64,000 bases of DNA from Escherichia phage vB_EcoM_LNA2: sequence record MZ311865.1; one strand, given 5' to 3'. Position 1 is the first letter of the stretch. Each line of letters opens with the position of its first letter. Shown piece after piece: positions 45,592 to 55,893 of this stretch. The notes beneath the pieces are model-generated. The model was given only the letters and a program-made list of their open reading frames with translations, had not been told where the DNA came from and ran no database searches. Position numbers and translations under genes: made by a program.

Positions 45592-46554
45592 TTATTTCCA
45601 AGTCAGTTCGCAGGTCAGTTGAAGAAGCATATACATAACATGTAATTCAATATTACTTGCTAATCCATGAAACTTATTATTTTCGCCTGCAATTTCATAA
45701 AGCGAAATAATACTTTTACCAGGTGCAACTTGGTCATAACATTCTGAAACTAATTTATCGATGAACCATGAATAATCTGCGGCATATTTTGGAGCTAATG
45801 CACGAAGCTGTTTGATATCTTTATTTTTCATTGCTTCTATGACATCATCTACTGTGCCACGATCATTGGTCACAATCGACAAAATACCTGCGTCAAGAAC
45901 ACCTTTAGACGAGTACTGGTCTAATTGACCAATTGTACGACGAAAGTCCGGGAAGTTCTTTTTAACCAGAGCTGCAACAACTTTCATATCAGCGATTTCG
46001 ATATTTTCGTTCTTACAGATTTCAACCATACGATGAATCATTTTCTTCATCATCGAGATTTTATCTTCTTCGGTTGGACGTCCGAATTCGATAACTCGAC
46101 AACGACTACGTAATGGTTCAATAATTCCATCGATGTTGTTAGCAGTAATAATAATAGAACAGTTACTAGAGAATTCTTCCATGAATGTACGAAGGTGCCG
46201 TTGTGATTCGGCGAGGCCACTACGGTCAAATTCATCAATAACAATAACTTTAGGCTTGCCTTCCATTGAGACTGAACGAGCGAATGCAGTTAACGGACCA
46301 CGTACAAAATCAATTTTACAATCAGAACCGTTGACGAACATCATTTCAGCGTTGATATCGTTACATAATGCTTTTGCTACGGTTGTTTTACCGGTACCAG
46401 GAGATGGAGAGTGCAAAATAATATGAGGAAGTTTTCCTTTAGATACTAAAGACTTGAATGTTTCATGGTCATACGCAGGCAGAATACATTCGTCAATGGA
46501 AGAAGGACGATATTTCTGTTCTAGAATGTGCTCTTTGGAATTGATAGTAATCAT
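45592..46554 (-). CDS. 44: Clamp loader large subunit gp44 (AAA+)
   Basis: 320 aa; Walker [11 protein letters not shown]; close to recalled T4 gp44. Confidence 0.9.
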   Translation of the reverse strand: MITINSKEHILEQKYRPSSIDECILPAYDHETFKSLVSKGKLPHIILHSPSPGTGKTTVAKALCNDINAEMMFVNGSDCKIDFVRGPLTAFARSVSMEGKPKVIVIDEFDRSGLAESQRHLRTFMEEFSSNCSIIITANNIDGIIEPLRSRCRVIEFGRPTEEDKISMMKKMIHRMVEICKNENIEIADMKVVAALVKKNFPDFRRTIGQLDQYSSKGVLDAGILSIVTNDRGTVDDVIEAMKNKDIKQLRALAPKYAADYSWFIDKLVSECYDQVAPGKSIISLYEIAGENNKFHGLASNIELHVMYMLLQLTCELTWK

Positions 46555-46629
46555 GTAATTTTCCTCATTATCATTAAACTGGAGGATTTCTCCTCCATAA
46601 TCGTATCACAATAAACGTAAAGCTTTGAC

Positions 46630-47316
46630 TTAGAAGTCGTGAGTAGAATCGGCTTCCATCGCAATAACATAACTTACTTGAGAGCTTTCAAACTTAGCTG
46701 CAACTTTATCACCAGCTCCCCACAACATTACTTTATAGTTACCTGGCTGGATTTTCATATTAGCCATATTGATTACGAAGTTAAAGTTGTTAGAACCATC
46801 ATAATCGGTAAGAGTCAAAGAATACTTAGGACGAGTTAGTCCAGAATCTTCAACTTTATTGTAGCCATTGATAACAATTTTACCATCTTTATTTGTAATA
46901 GCAATTGTATCAATCTGAAGACCACGTGAAACTCGAAGCAATTGTTGAAGGTCTTCGGCTTTAATTTCAGTAATCACAGAAGCCACTGGGAATTGAATTG
47001 GCTTATTAGGAAAAACAATGGTGCTCTTGTCGGCAGCAGGCCAATAAACTGTAGAACGTGTATCTGCAATTTTAATATTGCCATCAGTATGCATTGAAAT
47101 TTCGGCATCATCAGACACTAGACTCAAAATGCTTAAGAAGCTATTCAAATCATAAAGTGCTACGTCAAAATCAATTTCATCAGAGATATTTGCTTCCGCA
47201 TAAGTGGTGCCATTAACTGCACGAGTCATAATAAATTTACCTTGACTCAGCAGAATACCGGAGTTAATAGAGGCAAAGTTTTTCAGAATAGCGATAGTAT
47301 CTTTAGACAGTTTCAT
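46630..47316 (-). CDS. 45: Sliding clamp gp45
   Basis: ORF track 46630..47331 starts at TTG; ATG 47316 (MKLSKDTIAILKNFASINSG...) with AAGGAA SD; 228 aa as T4. Confidence 0.9.
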   Translation of the reverse strand: MKLSKDTIAILKNFASINSGILLSQGKFIMTRAVNGTTYAEANISDEIDFDVALYDLNSFLSILSLVSDDAEISMHTDGNIKIADTRSTVYWPAADKSTIVFPNKPIQFPVASVITEIKAEDLQQLLRVSRGLQIDTIAITNKDGKIVINGYNKVEDSGLTRPKYSLTLTDYDGSNNFNFVINMANMKIQPGNYKVMLWGAGDKVAAKFESSQVSYVIAMEADSTHDF

Positions 47317-47358
47317 TTTATTTCCTTTCAAGACAATTCAAAGTTTATAACAAATTTA

Positions 47359-47775
47359 TTATGCAGCAACCATCTGCTTTTTAATAGCTTCAGGCAGTGA
47401 TTCAATATATTCTGGAATTTTGGAAGCAACAATTTCGCCAGCTGCAATTAGTTGTTCGTCGGCATCAACACAATAGAAATCTTCCAGACGCTCAGAACCG
47501 TCTTTATCAAGAACGATTTTTCCGCCGGCTTCAATAGAATCTTTATAGTGCTTACGCATCAGATGAATCCACATATCAGATACATCGTTATCAATAAAAC
47601 CATAAATCATAAAACGAGTTTCTTGTGGCAAAGATTGGAGTTTTTTAGCACTTGCGTCATCACAATGCAGGACCCATGCTTTACGAACACGATTATGGTT
47701 ATGTGGGTTAGCGTCAGTACGGATAGAAGTAACTTTCAGATCAGCAGCAGTGAAACCTTTAGCAGTAGTAAACAT
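47359..47775 (-). CDS. Hypothetical protein, 138 aa (rpbA/45.x position)
   Basis: ORF track; between 45 and 46. Confidence 0.45.
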   Translation of the reverse strand: MFTTAKGFTAADLKVTSIRTDANPHNHNRVRKAWVLHCDDASAKKLQSLPQETRFMIYGFIDNDVSDMWIHLMRKHYKDSIEAGGKIVLDKDGSERLEDFYCVDADEQLIAAGEIVASKIPEYIESLPEAIKKQMVAA

Positions 47776-47787
47776 ATTATTTCTCTC

Positions 47788-47988
47788 TTATTCGTAGAAG
47801 TCGGTAACTGTCCATGCGGAATTGCGATTAGACATTATTTTATTATACTCATCTTTAAAAGCAGATTTGAGCATTTGTTCAGTAACAATATGTTCTTCAC
47901 CTGAAAACGTATTGGTCAAAACATATTTTTTAATTTCAGGGACAACGAGAAGATGTTGACCGGTTGAATACTCCATGTTGTTCTCCAT
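47788..47988 (-). CDS. Hypothetical protein, 66 aa
   Basis: ORF track. Confidence 0.45.
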   Translation of the reverse strand: MENNMEYSTGQHLLVVPEIKKYVLTNTFSGEEHIVTEQMLKSAFKDEYNKIMSNRNSAWTVTDFYE

Positions 47989-48030
47989 TTAATTTGATGT
48001 GGTCATTATAACCACATCATGTTAAAGCGT

Positions 48031-49719
48031 TTATGAAACAGTCATTACCGTAAATCGTCCAACTTTGCTCATCTGAAGATGTTGTCCATACCGTTGAGGG
48101 TCATGGTCTCGATGAGAGATAATGAACACATTAGTATTTTGTAAACTTCCAAGAATGGTATCTATAGCCTTAACAGCCTCAGAATCGACAGCACCATCAA
48201 AAACCTCATCAAGAATCAGAGTGTTGATTTTAACACCAGAGACCTTTTCAGCAATATCTCGCCATGTAAACAACAATGCGATATCGATACGTGCCTTTTC
48301 ACCTTGACTAAATGAAGCATAGCTAAAATCTTCACGACCACGTGATTTTATAGATTCATTGAATTCTTCGTCAATAGAAAACACGTAATCAGCTTCCATG
48401 ATTTTAAGATAATGATTAATCTGCTTGTTGAACAGAGGCACATATTTTTTAATGATAGCACCTTTAATACCAGAATCTTTTAACATATCTGTGATAATAC
48501 CACGATGGTATTTTTCAAGAACGATATCCGATTTTGTTTTAATGATTTTATCAAGTTCTTTTTGAAGCAAAGCTATCTCATCAGCATGGTCGATAAATTC
48601 CGCCGAGGCTTGTTCTATTGCAGCTTTAACTTTCTTAGCTTTATCAATAGTGGCAATCATTGCTTGTTTCTTGGTACGAATATCAGATGCAAGGTCCTGT
48701 TTAGTCTTAACATTAGCTCTATATTCGTCCACTAGGACACTCAGATTATCTCTGTGATAGGTAAGTTGCTCGAATGAGTGATTACATTCATGAAGCTTAT
48801 CGGTAATCTTAGAGACAATAGGATCGCCCTGATGCAACTGTGATGCACAAGTAGGACATGTACCGCCATCATGATACATCTTAATAACTTTGTTATATGA
48901 GTCAATTTTAGATTTAATCAAGAATGCTTCTTGTCCTATCTTGTTGAATGCCTCAGTAGGGTCTTCATCAAGAACGATATTAAGTAGTCGCTCATTAGCT
49001 TCTTCGATTTCTGCTTTTAATGAACGAGCTTCTTTGGCTAGGTCGTCATACATATTCTGTAGACGCGCTACATTATCACCAGATAATTTCTTTTGACGTT
49101 CGATATTCTCGTTATAAATCTTAATTTGTTGGATAATACCATCTTTCTTGGCATCGAGAACTTGTCCCTGGGAATTAAGTTCTCGAACTTGAGACTTATT
49201 GATTTTATCCATTTCAGCGAGTGTGCCGACTTCTAAAAGGTCTTCGACAAGTTTTCTACGAGCAGGGGTGCTAAGAGCCATGAAAGGGGTATACCCTGCC
49301 GTCCCAAGCACAACGATCTGTTTAAAAGACGCGTATGACATTCCGATGCTACGTTCAAATTCTTCTTGGAAGTCACGACTGCTGGCAGATTCATCAAGAC
49401 GAACACCGTCAACGGAGATTTCGAAAATATTGGGCTTTTGGCCACGTTTAATGAAGTATTTTTTATCATCGAATTCCATCCAAAGCTCAACTAAGAGCTC
49501 TTTCTTGTTCGTGCTATTAATGATTTGTCCTTTCTTAACATCACGAAATGGTTTACCGAAAAGTCCGAAAGTAATGGCTTCTAACATCGTAGATTTACCA
49601 CCGCCATTTTTACCAGTGATTAATGTCTTTTGGACTTTATCTAATTGGATATCAATAGGATTCCCACCTACCGACATGATGTTTTGATAACGAACACGAT
49701 TTAATTTAAATGATTTCAT
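48031..49719 (-). CDS. 46: Recombination nuclease subunit gp46 (SbcC/Rad50-like ATPase)
   Basis: 562 aa; Walker A GKNGGGKST, coiled-coil middle, C-terminal signature/Walker B region. Confidence 0.9.
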   Translation of the reverse strand: MKSFKLNRVRYQNIMSVGGNPIDIQLDKVQKTLITGKNGGGKSTMLEAITFGLFGKPFRDVKKGQIINSTNKKELLVELWMEFDDKKYFIKRGQKPNIFEISVDGVRLDESASSRDFQEEFERSIGMSYASFKQIVVLGTAGYTPFMALSTPARRKLVEDLLEVGTLAEMDKINKSQVRELNSQGQVLDAKKDGIIQQIKIYNENIERQKKLSGDNVARLQNMYDDLAKEARSLKAEIEEANERLLNIVLDEDPTEAFNKIGQEAFLIKSKIDSYNKVIKMYHDGGTCPTCASQLHQGDPIVSKITDKLHECNHSFEQLTYHRDNLSVLVDEYRANVKTKQDLASDIRTKKQAMIATIDKAKKVKAAIEQASAEFIDHADEIALLQKELDKIIKTKSDIVLEKYHRGIITDMLKDSGIKGAIIKKYVPLFNKQINHYLKIMEADYVFSIDEEFNESIKSRGREDFSYASFSQGEKARIDIALLFTWRDIAEKVSGVKINTLILDEVFDGAVDSEAVKAIDTILGSLQNTNVFIISHRDHDPQRYGQHLQMSKVGRFTVMTVS

Positions 49720-49955
49720 ATGTATTCTCTTCGAATGAAGTCCTCTACATATTTTAACATGTCATCTCTATCAGCAAAATACTCATCTAGTTCTGCATAC
49801 ATAACAACACCTGGTGCGTACTCGCAGGTAACATACATTGTTCCAAAGAAACGAGGAGTTGATTCCTCGTAATTCTCAGTCCATTCAACGATACCAATAT
49901 AACCATCACCAATACTAAATTCATGACGATGGATTTCATAATCAGTCTTCGTCAT
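49716..49955 (-). CDS. Hypothetical protein, ~79 aa
   Basis: ORF track 49716..49970 (TTG); ATG 49955 with GAGGAT SD. Confidence 0.45.
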   Translation of the reverse strand: MTKTDYEIHRHEFSIGDGYIGIVEWTENYEESTPRFFGTMYVTCEYAPGVVMYAELDEYFADRDDMLKYVEDFIRREYI

Positions 49956-50199
49956 TATACGCATCCTCAATACACGCTTCAGCCATTTTAAGAATAGATC
50001 CAGGAGTATCGTTGTCCATTATATTAAAGCTAAATTCAATAGCCCAGTCGGTGCAGACATGAACTGCTTTAACTTCATTGCCTTCAACGCGTAATGGCTC
50101 AATCCAATACTTGATAGTGTTCTCGAATCCATCATCATCTTTAACGTCCATTTCAACTTCAAGCCCGAGCCCAGCATTATTAAATTCATCTAAAGTCAT
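49942..50199 (-). CDS. Hypothetical acidic protein, 85 aa
   Basis: ORF track; ATGA-coupled to gene 47. Confidence 0.45.
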   Translation of the reverse strand: MTLDEFNNAGLGLEVEMDVKDDDGFENTIKYWIEPLRVEGNEVKAVHVCTDWAIEFSFNIMDNDTPGSILKMAEACIEDAYNDED

Positions 50200-51215
50200 T
50201 GTGTTGCCTCAATATAAAGTTCGTTGGAATATTTGACCAGCGCTTCTCTGTCTTCGTCTGAGATATCTGGAATCGCGTCAATATATTCTTTAATGATATC
50301 TTGAAGTGATTTAATCTCGATTTCCTGGTCGTCATCAGATTCAACACTGTTATCAACTTTAGAAACCATACGAAGAGAGTGAACTACTTTTTCAAGTTCA
50401 GATTCAAACTTAGTCAACTCTGAATCAATTTCTGATACTATAACACGTACGGCTAGATTAGTATAATCAGAATAATTGATTTTGCCTTTAAACGGATAAG
50501 TGATTCGTCTATGCCATGTTGTTTCATTAGGAATAAATTCCATACGTTCAACATCAGTGTCAAATACCCAGAATCCGCGCGGGTCATTCTCATCACCTGC
50601 AGTAAGGGTCCATGGTGTCCCAATATATTTGACGTTAGCAGCTTCAGAGATTGTGTGGAAGTGGCCAGACCAGACTTGTTTATAGGTCTTTAAGAAATCA
50701 GGTTCAAGCCCATGAGACTTCATTCCTTTATAGAAATAAAAGCCGTTCAGTTCCCAGTGACCAACACAATACGCAGCAGAAGAAGTCTTGATGTGCTCTA
50801 AGATTTCACCTGTATTTTCTTCACACATCCATGGAACGATATCAATCAGACATCCGTCAAAATCTACAGTAGTTGGATGCTCGTAAATAGTAAAGTTTTC
50901 AAATTGAGTCAACAATTCAGAAACAGTGTTAGGTGTTATTGTATTCTTAAACGCCATGTCATGGTTTCCTATCGTGACATGAACGTGAATGCCTGCTTTA
51001 GAAATCATATCAACGATTTCACGATTGAATTCCATTGTACGATGTGTTATTGCTTTACGGACGTCAAACCAATCACCGTACTGAATCCAAGTTTTAATCC
51101 CGTGTTTCTTAGAGTATTCAATTGCTTGTCGAATACCATCACGTTGAATATCTTGAACCCATGGGTCGTCTTGTTTGACTCCGATATGGAAGTCGCCTAA
51201 GTGCAAAATTTTCAT
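50196..51215 (-). CDS. 47: Recombination nuclease subunit gp47 (SbcD/Mre11-like)
   Basis: 339 aa; MKILHLGDFHIG... phosphoesterase motifs (GNHD, GHWE). Confidence 0.9.
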   Translation of the reverse strand: MKILHLGDFHIGVKQDDPWVQDIQRDGIRQAIEYSKKHGIKTWIQYGDWFDVRKAITHRTMEFNREIVDMISKAGIHVHVTIGNHDMAFKNTITPNTVSELLTQFENFTIYEHPTTVDFDGCLIDIVPWMCEENTGEILEHIKTSSAAYCVGHWELNGFYFYKGMKSHGLEPDFLKTYKQVWSGHFHTISEAANVKYIGTPWTLTAGDENDPRGFWVFDTDVERMEFIPNETTWHRRITYPFKGKINYSDYTNLAVRVIVSEIDSELTKFESELEKVVHSLRMVSKVDNSVESDDDQEIEIKSLQDIIKEYIDAIPDISDEDREALVKYSNELYIEATQ

Positions 51216-51267
51216 ATTATTTCCTCATTAGTTAATTCATTTTATCATCCGTTTATAAAGCAAAAAA

Positions 51268-51287
51268 AGGAACTCCGAAGAGTTCCT
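51268..51287 (-). terminator. Intrinsic terminator upstream of gene 47
   Basis: AGGAACU-CUUCGG-AGUUCCU plus U7. Confidence 0.55.
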
Positions 51288-51459
51288 ATCCACATAGTAC
51301 ACCGTACAGAGGCTCATTTGAACTTTTAAATCGAATGGGCTTGTACGTAATAGTTCCTTCGGCTTTAGCTTTATCATAAGACTCTTTAAAACGTCTCATT
51401 CTTTCTGCTTTGCCTTTACGGATTTTATCAAAATTTTCAGAAGTCAGGATGTTCGTCAT
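51286..51459 (-). CDS. Possible small basic protein, 58 aa (not in ORF track)
   Basis: Hand translation MTNILTSENFDKIRKGKAERMRRFKESYDKAKAEGTITYKPIRFKSSNEPLYGVLCG; GAGGTG SD. Confidence 0.3.
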   Translation of the reverse strand: MTNILTSENFDKIRKGKAERMRRFKESYDKAKAEGTITYKPIRFKSSNEPLYGVLCG

Positions 51460-51498
51460 GCATAAGCACCTCTCAGAAAATGCCTAAACCGATTTCTC

Positions 51499-51705
51499 TC
51501 ATCGTTTCCACCATTTCTTAACTTGAAATGAATCGACCCACACGAGTTGTTTTGGGTCTGCCTTTACAATAGGCGGACAAATTTCTGTAATAGAACCGTC
51601 GTGATATTCCTTTTCAGAAATTTTAACACAAAGAGGACCTCCCAATTTAAGGGTGAACCCTGCGTTCAGCTTCAGACGTTTAAACTTTGTTTGAACTAGC
51701 GCCAT
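51499..51705 (-). CDS. Hypothetical protein, ~68 aa
   Basis: ORF track 51499..51720 (TTG); ATG 51705 with GAGGA SD. Confidence 0.4.
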   Translation of the reverse strand: MALVQTKFKRLKLNAGFTLKLGGPLCVKISEKEYHDGSITEICPPIVKADPKQLVWVDSFQVKKWWKR

Positions 51706-52003
51706 TAATGATGTCCTCAATAGCCTGACGAGTAGTAACCCACTGGATTTTAATTAACTTGTCATTATACGGTTGTCGTAGAATATCCCGAGATTTCTTA
51801 ATAGCATATTCGTAAGCTTCGAAGTTGTTTTGAATTGCTGCTTCTTGAGCATGAGCATAAAGACGGTTTAGTTCAAAACGATTCTTTTTAAGAATCTTTT
51901 CGGATTTTTTACGTGCTTCAGCTTCATTTTTCTTTTGGATTTCTTGTAGCATTTTAGCTACTGCATCTTCTGCTTCTTTATTTTCAATAATCTCGGTAGT
52001 CAT
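51680..52003 (-). CDS. Hypothetical protein, 107 aa
   Basis: ORF track. Confidence 0.45.
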   Translation of the reverse strand: MTTEIIENKEAEDAVAKMLQEIQKKNEAEARKKSEKILKKNRFELNRLYAHAQEAAIQNNFEAYEYAIKKSRDILRQPYNDKLIKIQWVTTRQAIEDIINGASSNKV

Positions 52004-52004
52004 A

Positions 52005-52214
52005 TTATCTCATTAAATTAAAATAAAAACGTCCATCCTCTTCAATACAGAACTCATATTCAACTGGAGTCCCGTTTATCGAAAATGACACGTCATGTGG
52101 GTTCAAAGGGTCGATGTCAAAATTAATTTTAAATTCACGACCCAACAGTTTTACCAAATAAGGGATTGCTTCGTCAAAAGGTTCTTCTAAGTAGTTAGAG
52201 ATGTCAATTGTCAT
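52005..52214 (-). CDS. Hypothetical protein, ~69 aa
   Basis: ORF track 52005..52298 overlaps gp55; shortened to an internal ATG. Confidence 0.35.
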   Translation of the reverse strand: MTIDISNYLEEPFDEAIPYLVKLLGREFKINFDIDPLNPHDVSFSINGTPVEYEFCIEEDGRFYFNLMR

Positions 52215-52761
52215 CCTCATATAAAAAATCCAAACTAGGCGAATCGCTAACAACTTCCTTCTTTTCAGCCCCAGGAGCTTTATAAGCGGATTCTTCATAA
52301 TGCGTCATTTTATCGTAGATGTCTTGAATAAACGTTTCATCTACCAACGCTACCATATCATCGTCATGACTGTCGTAGACATTATGAACGAAGTAACTAT
52401 ATTTCTTTGCAACTTCCTTACGTTCTTTTTTGATACGTTGGACAAAAGCATTAAAACAAGCTCGAGTTATGTATGCATGTGGGTTATTGTACTTAGTTTC
52501 GTCGAAATTATGAAGTCCCTTAATAGAGGCTTCAATCCCATCTGCAATCATCTCCTGCTTCCAAGACTGGGTATATCCTGAAAAGTTGAAACGTTTGGAC
52601 AGGCCTTCGGCGATAAGCATAATTGCTAAACCGATGGTATCATTCTGACGAATAATTTTGTTTGGGTCTTTATTATTTAAGAGCTCCTTTTTCCACTCGA
52701 TTATAGCGGCGAGAAGCTCTTTATTATTCACATAGTTATTTTTAGGTTTTTGTTCAGTCAT
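52204..52761 (-). CDS. 55: Late-transcription sigma factor gp55
   Basis: 185 aa; ...[45 protein letters not shown]... matches recalled T4 gp55. Confidence 0.9.
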   Translation of the reverse strand: MTEQKPKNNYVNNKELLAAIIEWKKELLNNKDPNKIIRQNDTIGLAIMLIAEGLSKRFNFSGYTQSWKQEMIADGIEASIKGLHNFDETKYNNPHAYITRACFNAFVQRIKKERKEVAKKYSYFVHNVYDSHDDDMVALVDETFIQDIYDKMTHYEESAYKAPGAEKKEVVSDSPSLDFLYEDDN

Positions 52762-52833
52762 AAGTACCTCTTAGCTCAATTCATAGGTCTATTATATCAT
52801 AATATTTAGAGACCTATCTTAAAGCACGAGATA

Positions 52834-53103
52834 CTATCGGAGCAAACAATAAGCCTGAAACACTTTTTCCATTAAACGTTTGAACTCATGGATATCGATA
52901 TAAAGCTCAGTAAGACCGGCATTATAAAGAAAATCTAAAAAGTTCTCATGTGTTTCGTTATAGTCGCCTTCGTTTAATTTAGATACATGAGTTTCCCAAA
53001 AACCAACACCTTTAACGAATGGAAAATACGTGACTTTCATATATTCGTCAACATAAAATTCGCCCAGCTTTTCTTCAGTTATACTGATTCGAGTTAATTT
53101 CAT
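52834..53103 (-). CDS. Hypothetical protein, 89 aa
   Basis: ORF track. Confidence 0.45.
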   Translation of the reverse strand: MKLTRISITEEKLGEFYVDEYMKVTYFPFVKGVGFWETHVSKLNEGDYNETHENFLDFLYNAGLTELYIDIHEFKRLMEKVFQAYCLLR

Positions 53104-53327
53104 TCTAGTTCCTTTGCTGCTTCAAGAGCATCATCCAACGAATCAAATTGGTCAACGAAATCGATATTCAACGCATCGTCAGCCGTAGCATATAGCCACC
53201 ATTGTTTGAATTCATATTCTAGGATAAATCCAAGCCCTTCAATCTGAGAAAGACCTAGGCTATTTGTACCAACTTCGTAACCAGCTAGACGCAGGTCATT
53301 AATCAAAGATTCTGTTAATACGCTCAT
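53100..53327 (-). CDS. Hypothetical acidic protein, 75 aa
   Basis: ORF track; ATGA coupling. Confidence 0.45.
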   Translation of the reverse strand: MSVLTESLINDLRLAGYEVGTNSLGLSQIEGLGFILEYEFKQWWLYATADDALNIDFVDQFDSLDDALEAAKELE

Positions 53328-53656
53328 TTTACCGCCTTAACAATTTTCAGGTCAACGAATTTTTTCTTACGTTGATTTTTCATACGACGGATAGTCTTTT
53401 CAGAGATTTCATGTTTCTGATAAGCTTTAGATTCAACACCAAATGCAGCAACATCAAATTCAGAAAGAATATATTGTACTAGAATTTCACGAATAGAATT
53501 ACGTCCAATTTTCTGGTCGTGTTTTTGCATGATTTCATAAAGACGGAATTCCCACGCGTCAAGAACTTGAGGAGTAACAATATTGCCGGATTCCAGAAGA
53601 GCAACAACTTTATCGAAAGCGAAAGAATTAACTACATTTTTGATTTTAGTAGACAT
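53324..53656 (-). CDS. Hypothetical protein, ~110 aa
   Basis: ORF track 53324..53695; ATG 53656 with GAGGA SD; the 53695 ATG lies in the promoter -10. Confidence 0.45.
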   Translation of the reverse strand: MSTKIKNVVNSFAFDKVVALLESGNIVTPQVLDAWEFRLYEIMQKHDQKIGRNSIREILVQYILSEFDVAAFGVESKAYQKHEISEKTIRRMKNQRKKKFVDLKIVKAVK

Positions 53657-53693
53657 ATTATTTTCCTCGGTTATTTTATTATCCAATGAGAGC

Positions 53694-53723
53694 ATTATAC
53701 TCTGCTCTCAAGAGTTTGTGCAT
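53694..53723 (-). promoter_or_regulatory. Early-like promoter (ATGCAC-18-TATAAT), repeat copy
   Basis: 34-bp core identical to 8953-8986. Confidence 0.45.
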
Positions 53724-53962
53724 TATTCCGTGATAAGATAATGTAAATAGTTTGCTTGACGAACACTGATATCAACACCCATATCAAAGATACCTTTATA
53801 GAACGGGTATTTGTTTTCAGTAGAATCTAGACTAAAAGCCTTTCCACCACAACTAACGGTAATAGCATCAGTTAAAGTGTCATATACAAACTTAATAGTT
53901 GAGCCATTCACTACGACTTCAAGACGTTTTTTCGATGTAATAACGTCTAATTCTTGTTCCAT
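53723..53962 (-). CDS. Hypothetical protein, 79 aa
   Basis: ORF track; GAGGAA SD. Confidence 0.45.
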   Translation of the reverse strand: MEQELDVITSKKRLEVVVNGSTIKFVYDTLTDAITVSCGGKAFSLDSTENKYPFYKGIFDMGVDISVRQANYLHYLITE

Positions 53963-53982
53963 GATATTTTCCTCATTTTAAG

Positions 53983-54016
53983 ACGATAGGAAGATAATAA
54001 CATGACTTCCTATCGT
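53983..54016 (-). repeat. 11-bp inverted repeat hairpin between small early genes
   Basis: ACGATAGGAAG ... CTTCCTATCGT with 12-nt AT-rich loop. Confidence 0.6.
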
Positions 54017-54025
54017 TGTATATTA

Positions 54026-54226
54026 TTATCCGAACTTTTTAGCGCCTTTCCAACCTTCGTACATAGCTGCGCAAGTCAATAGCACGGCATGTTGGCATTC
54101 TTTGTATTTGTAAATCCAGAACCAGCGTAAGAAGTCTTCATCCTCAACGCCGTTGAGTTTCATATTGGCAAAGAATTCGGCACGTTCTTCACGAAGCTTT
54201 TGCGATAACATAGATTCAGGATTCAT
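54026..54226 (-). CDS. Hypothetical protein, ~66 aa
   Basis: ORF track 54026..54238 (GTG); ATG 54226 ATGA-coupled. Confidence 0.4.
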   Translation of the reverse strand: MNPESMLSQKLREERAEFFANMKLNGVEDEDFLRWFWIYKYKECQHAVLLTCAAMYEGWKGAKKFG

Positions 54227-54357
54227 TTTGTGTTCCACGCCCCATTTTCATCGATGAACTTAATCCAGTCATTTACAGACCATTTAGTTGTATCACCCTT
54301 TGGATTAACATTTAAAGTATATAATCCCTGCTTAAAAAGCATTCGTTTGATATTCAT
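54223..54357 (-). CDS. Hypothetical protein, ~44 aa
   Basis: ORF track 54223..54450 overlaps the next ORF; ATG 54357 with GAGGAA SD. Confidence 0.3.
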   Translation of the reverse strand: MNIKRMLFKQGLYTLNVNPKGDTTKWSVNDWIKFIDENGAWNTK

Positions 54358-54364
54358 AATTTCC

Positions 54365-54658
54365 TCAACTGTAACGATAACATTCGTTAGCTTTACGTTT
54401 GGCTTCAGTATGAGAAGTATTATAATCATACTCTTCTTTACTGTAAACATCTTTTTTCAACTTACGAACTTCTTTGCGGAGTTGTCGATTCATTTCATTC
54501 TTGACTTCAGAATCAACGCCTTTCATACGTTTCCATTTATCTGAGCGGAAAATGTTTTCAACCATGTCTTTGTGGCTAACACCGTCAGGAGCTTTACGCT
54601 TACCAAAATAGTCGTAATCGCGAACTTTCAAATCTTTACGACGATATGTTTTACCCAT
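54365..54658 (-). CDS. Hypothetical highly basic protein, ~97 aa
   Basis: ORF track 54365..54685 (TTG); ATG 54658 with SD. Confidence 0.4.
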   Translation of the reverse strand: MGKTYRRKDLKVRDYDYFGKRKAPDGVSHKDMVENIFRSDKWKRMKGVDSEVKNEMNRQLRKEVRKLKKDVYSKEEYDYNTSHTEAKRKANECYRYS

Positions 54659-54665
54659 AAGTACC

Positions 54666-54914
54666 TCAGAGGTTGATTGATACAACGCGTTTGATAAAAT
54701 TCACTTCACTTACTGAAAGGTCTTTAAGACCGATTGATTCTAAACGCTGAGTAAGCGTCAACATCGGGATATAATCCCAATGAGTTTTAGTTGCTTGATA
54801 AGTACGAACTCCATTAGCAATTTCAACGTTCAAATCGGAAATGGTAATGAATATCGGACGCTCGTCATTAACTTTAAGGGTTAGAACAACTTTCTTTGAA
54901 TCTAAACTAATCAT
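54666..54914 (-). CDS. Hypothetical protein, 82 aa
   Basis: ORF track. Confidence 0.45.
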   Translation of the reverse strand: MISLDSKKVVLTLKVNDERPIFITISDLNVEIANGVRTYQATKTHWDYIPMLTLTQRLESIGLKDLSVSEVNFIKRVVSINL

Positions 54915-55093
54915 GACTTAATTTCCTTCGCAATTGAACAGAAGATACCACGGTCACAAAGCATTTCACCAATTTCTGGATATTTGATTGAACGGTACCA
55001 AACATCCAGGCTTGAAACTCTGGTTATCTGTATGGCATTACCATTGACAGAATAGTACTGGTCAACCTTAATTTCTTTATCTTCAATTGTCAT
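54911..55093 (-). CDS. Hypothetical protein, ~60 aa
   Basis: ORF track 54911..55255; ATG 55093 with GAGGA SD; upstream part is leader with promoter and terminator. Confidence 0.4.
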   Translation of the reverse strand: MTIEDKEIKVDQYYSVNGNAIQITRVSSLDVWYRSIKYPEIGEMLCDRGIFCSIAKEIKS

Positions 55094-55242
55094 TTTATTT
55101 TCCTCTATAGTAGATGGTTTAATCTTAACACATCTATTGAGGATGTAAACTGTTTTATGAAAATATTTTTTGATTTGAGAGGGGCACAAGGAGATAGTGA
55201 AGTGAAGATTCCAATGGATTATATTAGAAATGAGATAAAGAA

Positions 55243-55261
55243 GACCAGGCGGCACCTGGTC
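55243..55261 (-). terminator. Intrinsic terminator after nrdH-like gene
   Basis: GACCAGG-UGCCG-CCUGGUC then U-rich tract. Confidence 0.5.
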
Positions 55262-55568
55262 AATCTTCTATGATATCAGAGTCATATCCTAATGAAATCA
55301 AGGTCTTTTTAAACTCTGCAATATTCTTTTGTTTCTTATCATTTAAAAATATGACAGGATAACGAATATTAAGTGAAGTGAATCCTGCACGTTTAGCAAG
55401 AGATACGATTAAAGGACGGTCATATTCAATCTTACCATTATTAGTGAGGACTTTATAAAATGTATAAGGGGCATTGAGCTCCTTTAAAAGTTTTGTAACA
55501 GTATAACATCCTGGACAACGTCCTACTTCTTCAGGGATGCCATAAATTTCAATCTTGTTGTGTTCCAC
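55260..55568 (-). CDS. Glutaredoxin/NrdH-like redoxin
   Basis: 102 aa; CPGC redox motif near N-terminus; upstream of nrdG/nrdD; GTG start with AAGGA SD. Confidence 0.5.
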   Translation of the reverse strand: MEHNKIEIYGIPEEVGRCPGCYTVTKLLKELNAPYTFYKVLTNNGKIEYDRPLIVSLAKRAGFTSLNIRYPVIFLNDKKQKNIAEFKKTLISLGYDSDIIED

Positions 55569-55570
55569 AA

Positions 55571-55783
55571 TTATTCCTTACCAAAAACAGAATTCAGTTT
55601 ATTAGTAATTTTGTCCAAACGTTCATTGAATTCGCTGGAGGATAATCCCTTTTCCGGAGAAATTAAACTAATCACGAAAAATACAACAGTAAAAGGAATA
55701 AGAAAAATAGCTCCAACTGCCATAAACAAAAATAACGTTACAGTTGTAAGAAAATCAGCTAAACCTTTACGAAATTTATACAT
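55571..55783 (-). CDS. Small membrane protein, 70 aa
   Basis: ORF track; hydrophobic core. Confidence 0.45.
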   Translation of the reverse strand: MYKFRKGLADFLTTVTLFLFMAVGAIFLIPFTVVFFVISLISPEKGLSSSEFNERLDKITNKLNSVFGKE

Positions 55784-55893
55784 ATTTACCCTTAATTAAC
55801 TAAGCATTGATAATCATTAAACTATATTGCGAATAAAATTCTGGACCAAAACGAAAAATCATATCATTTATAGTATCCATAATGTAATTCAAT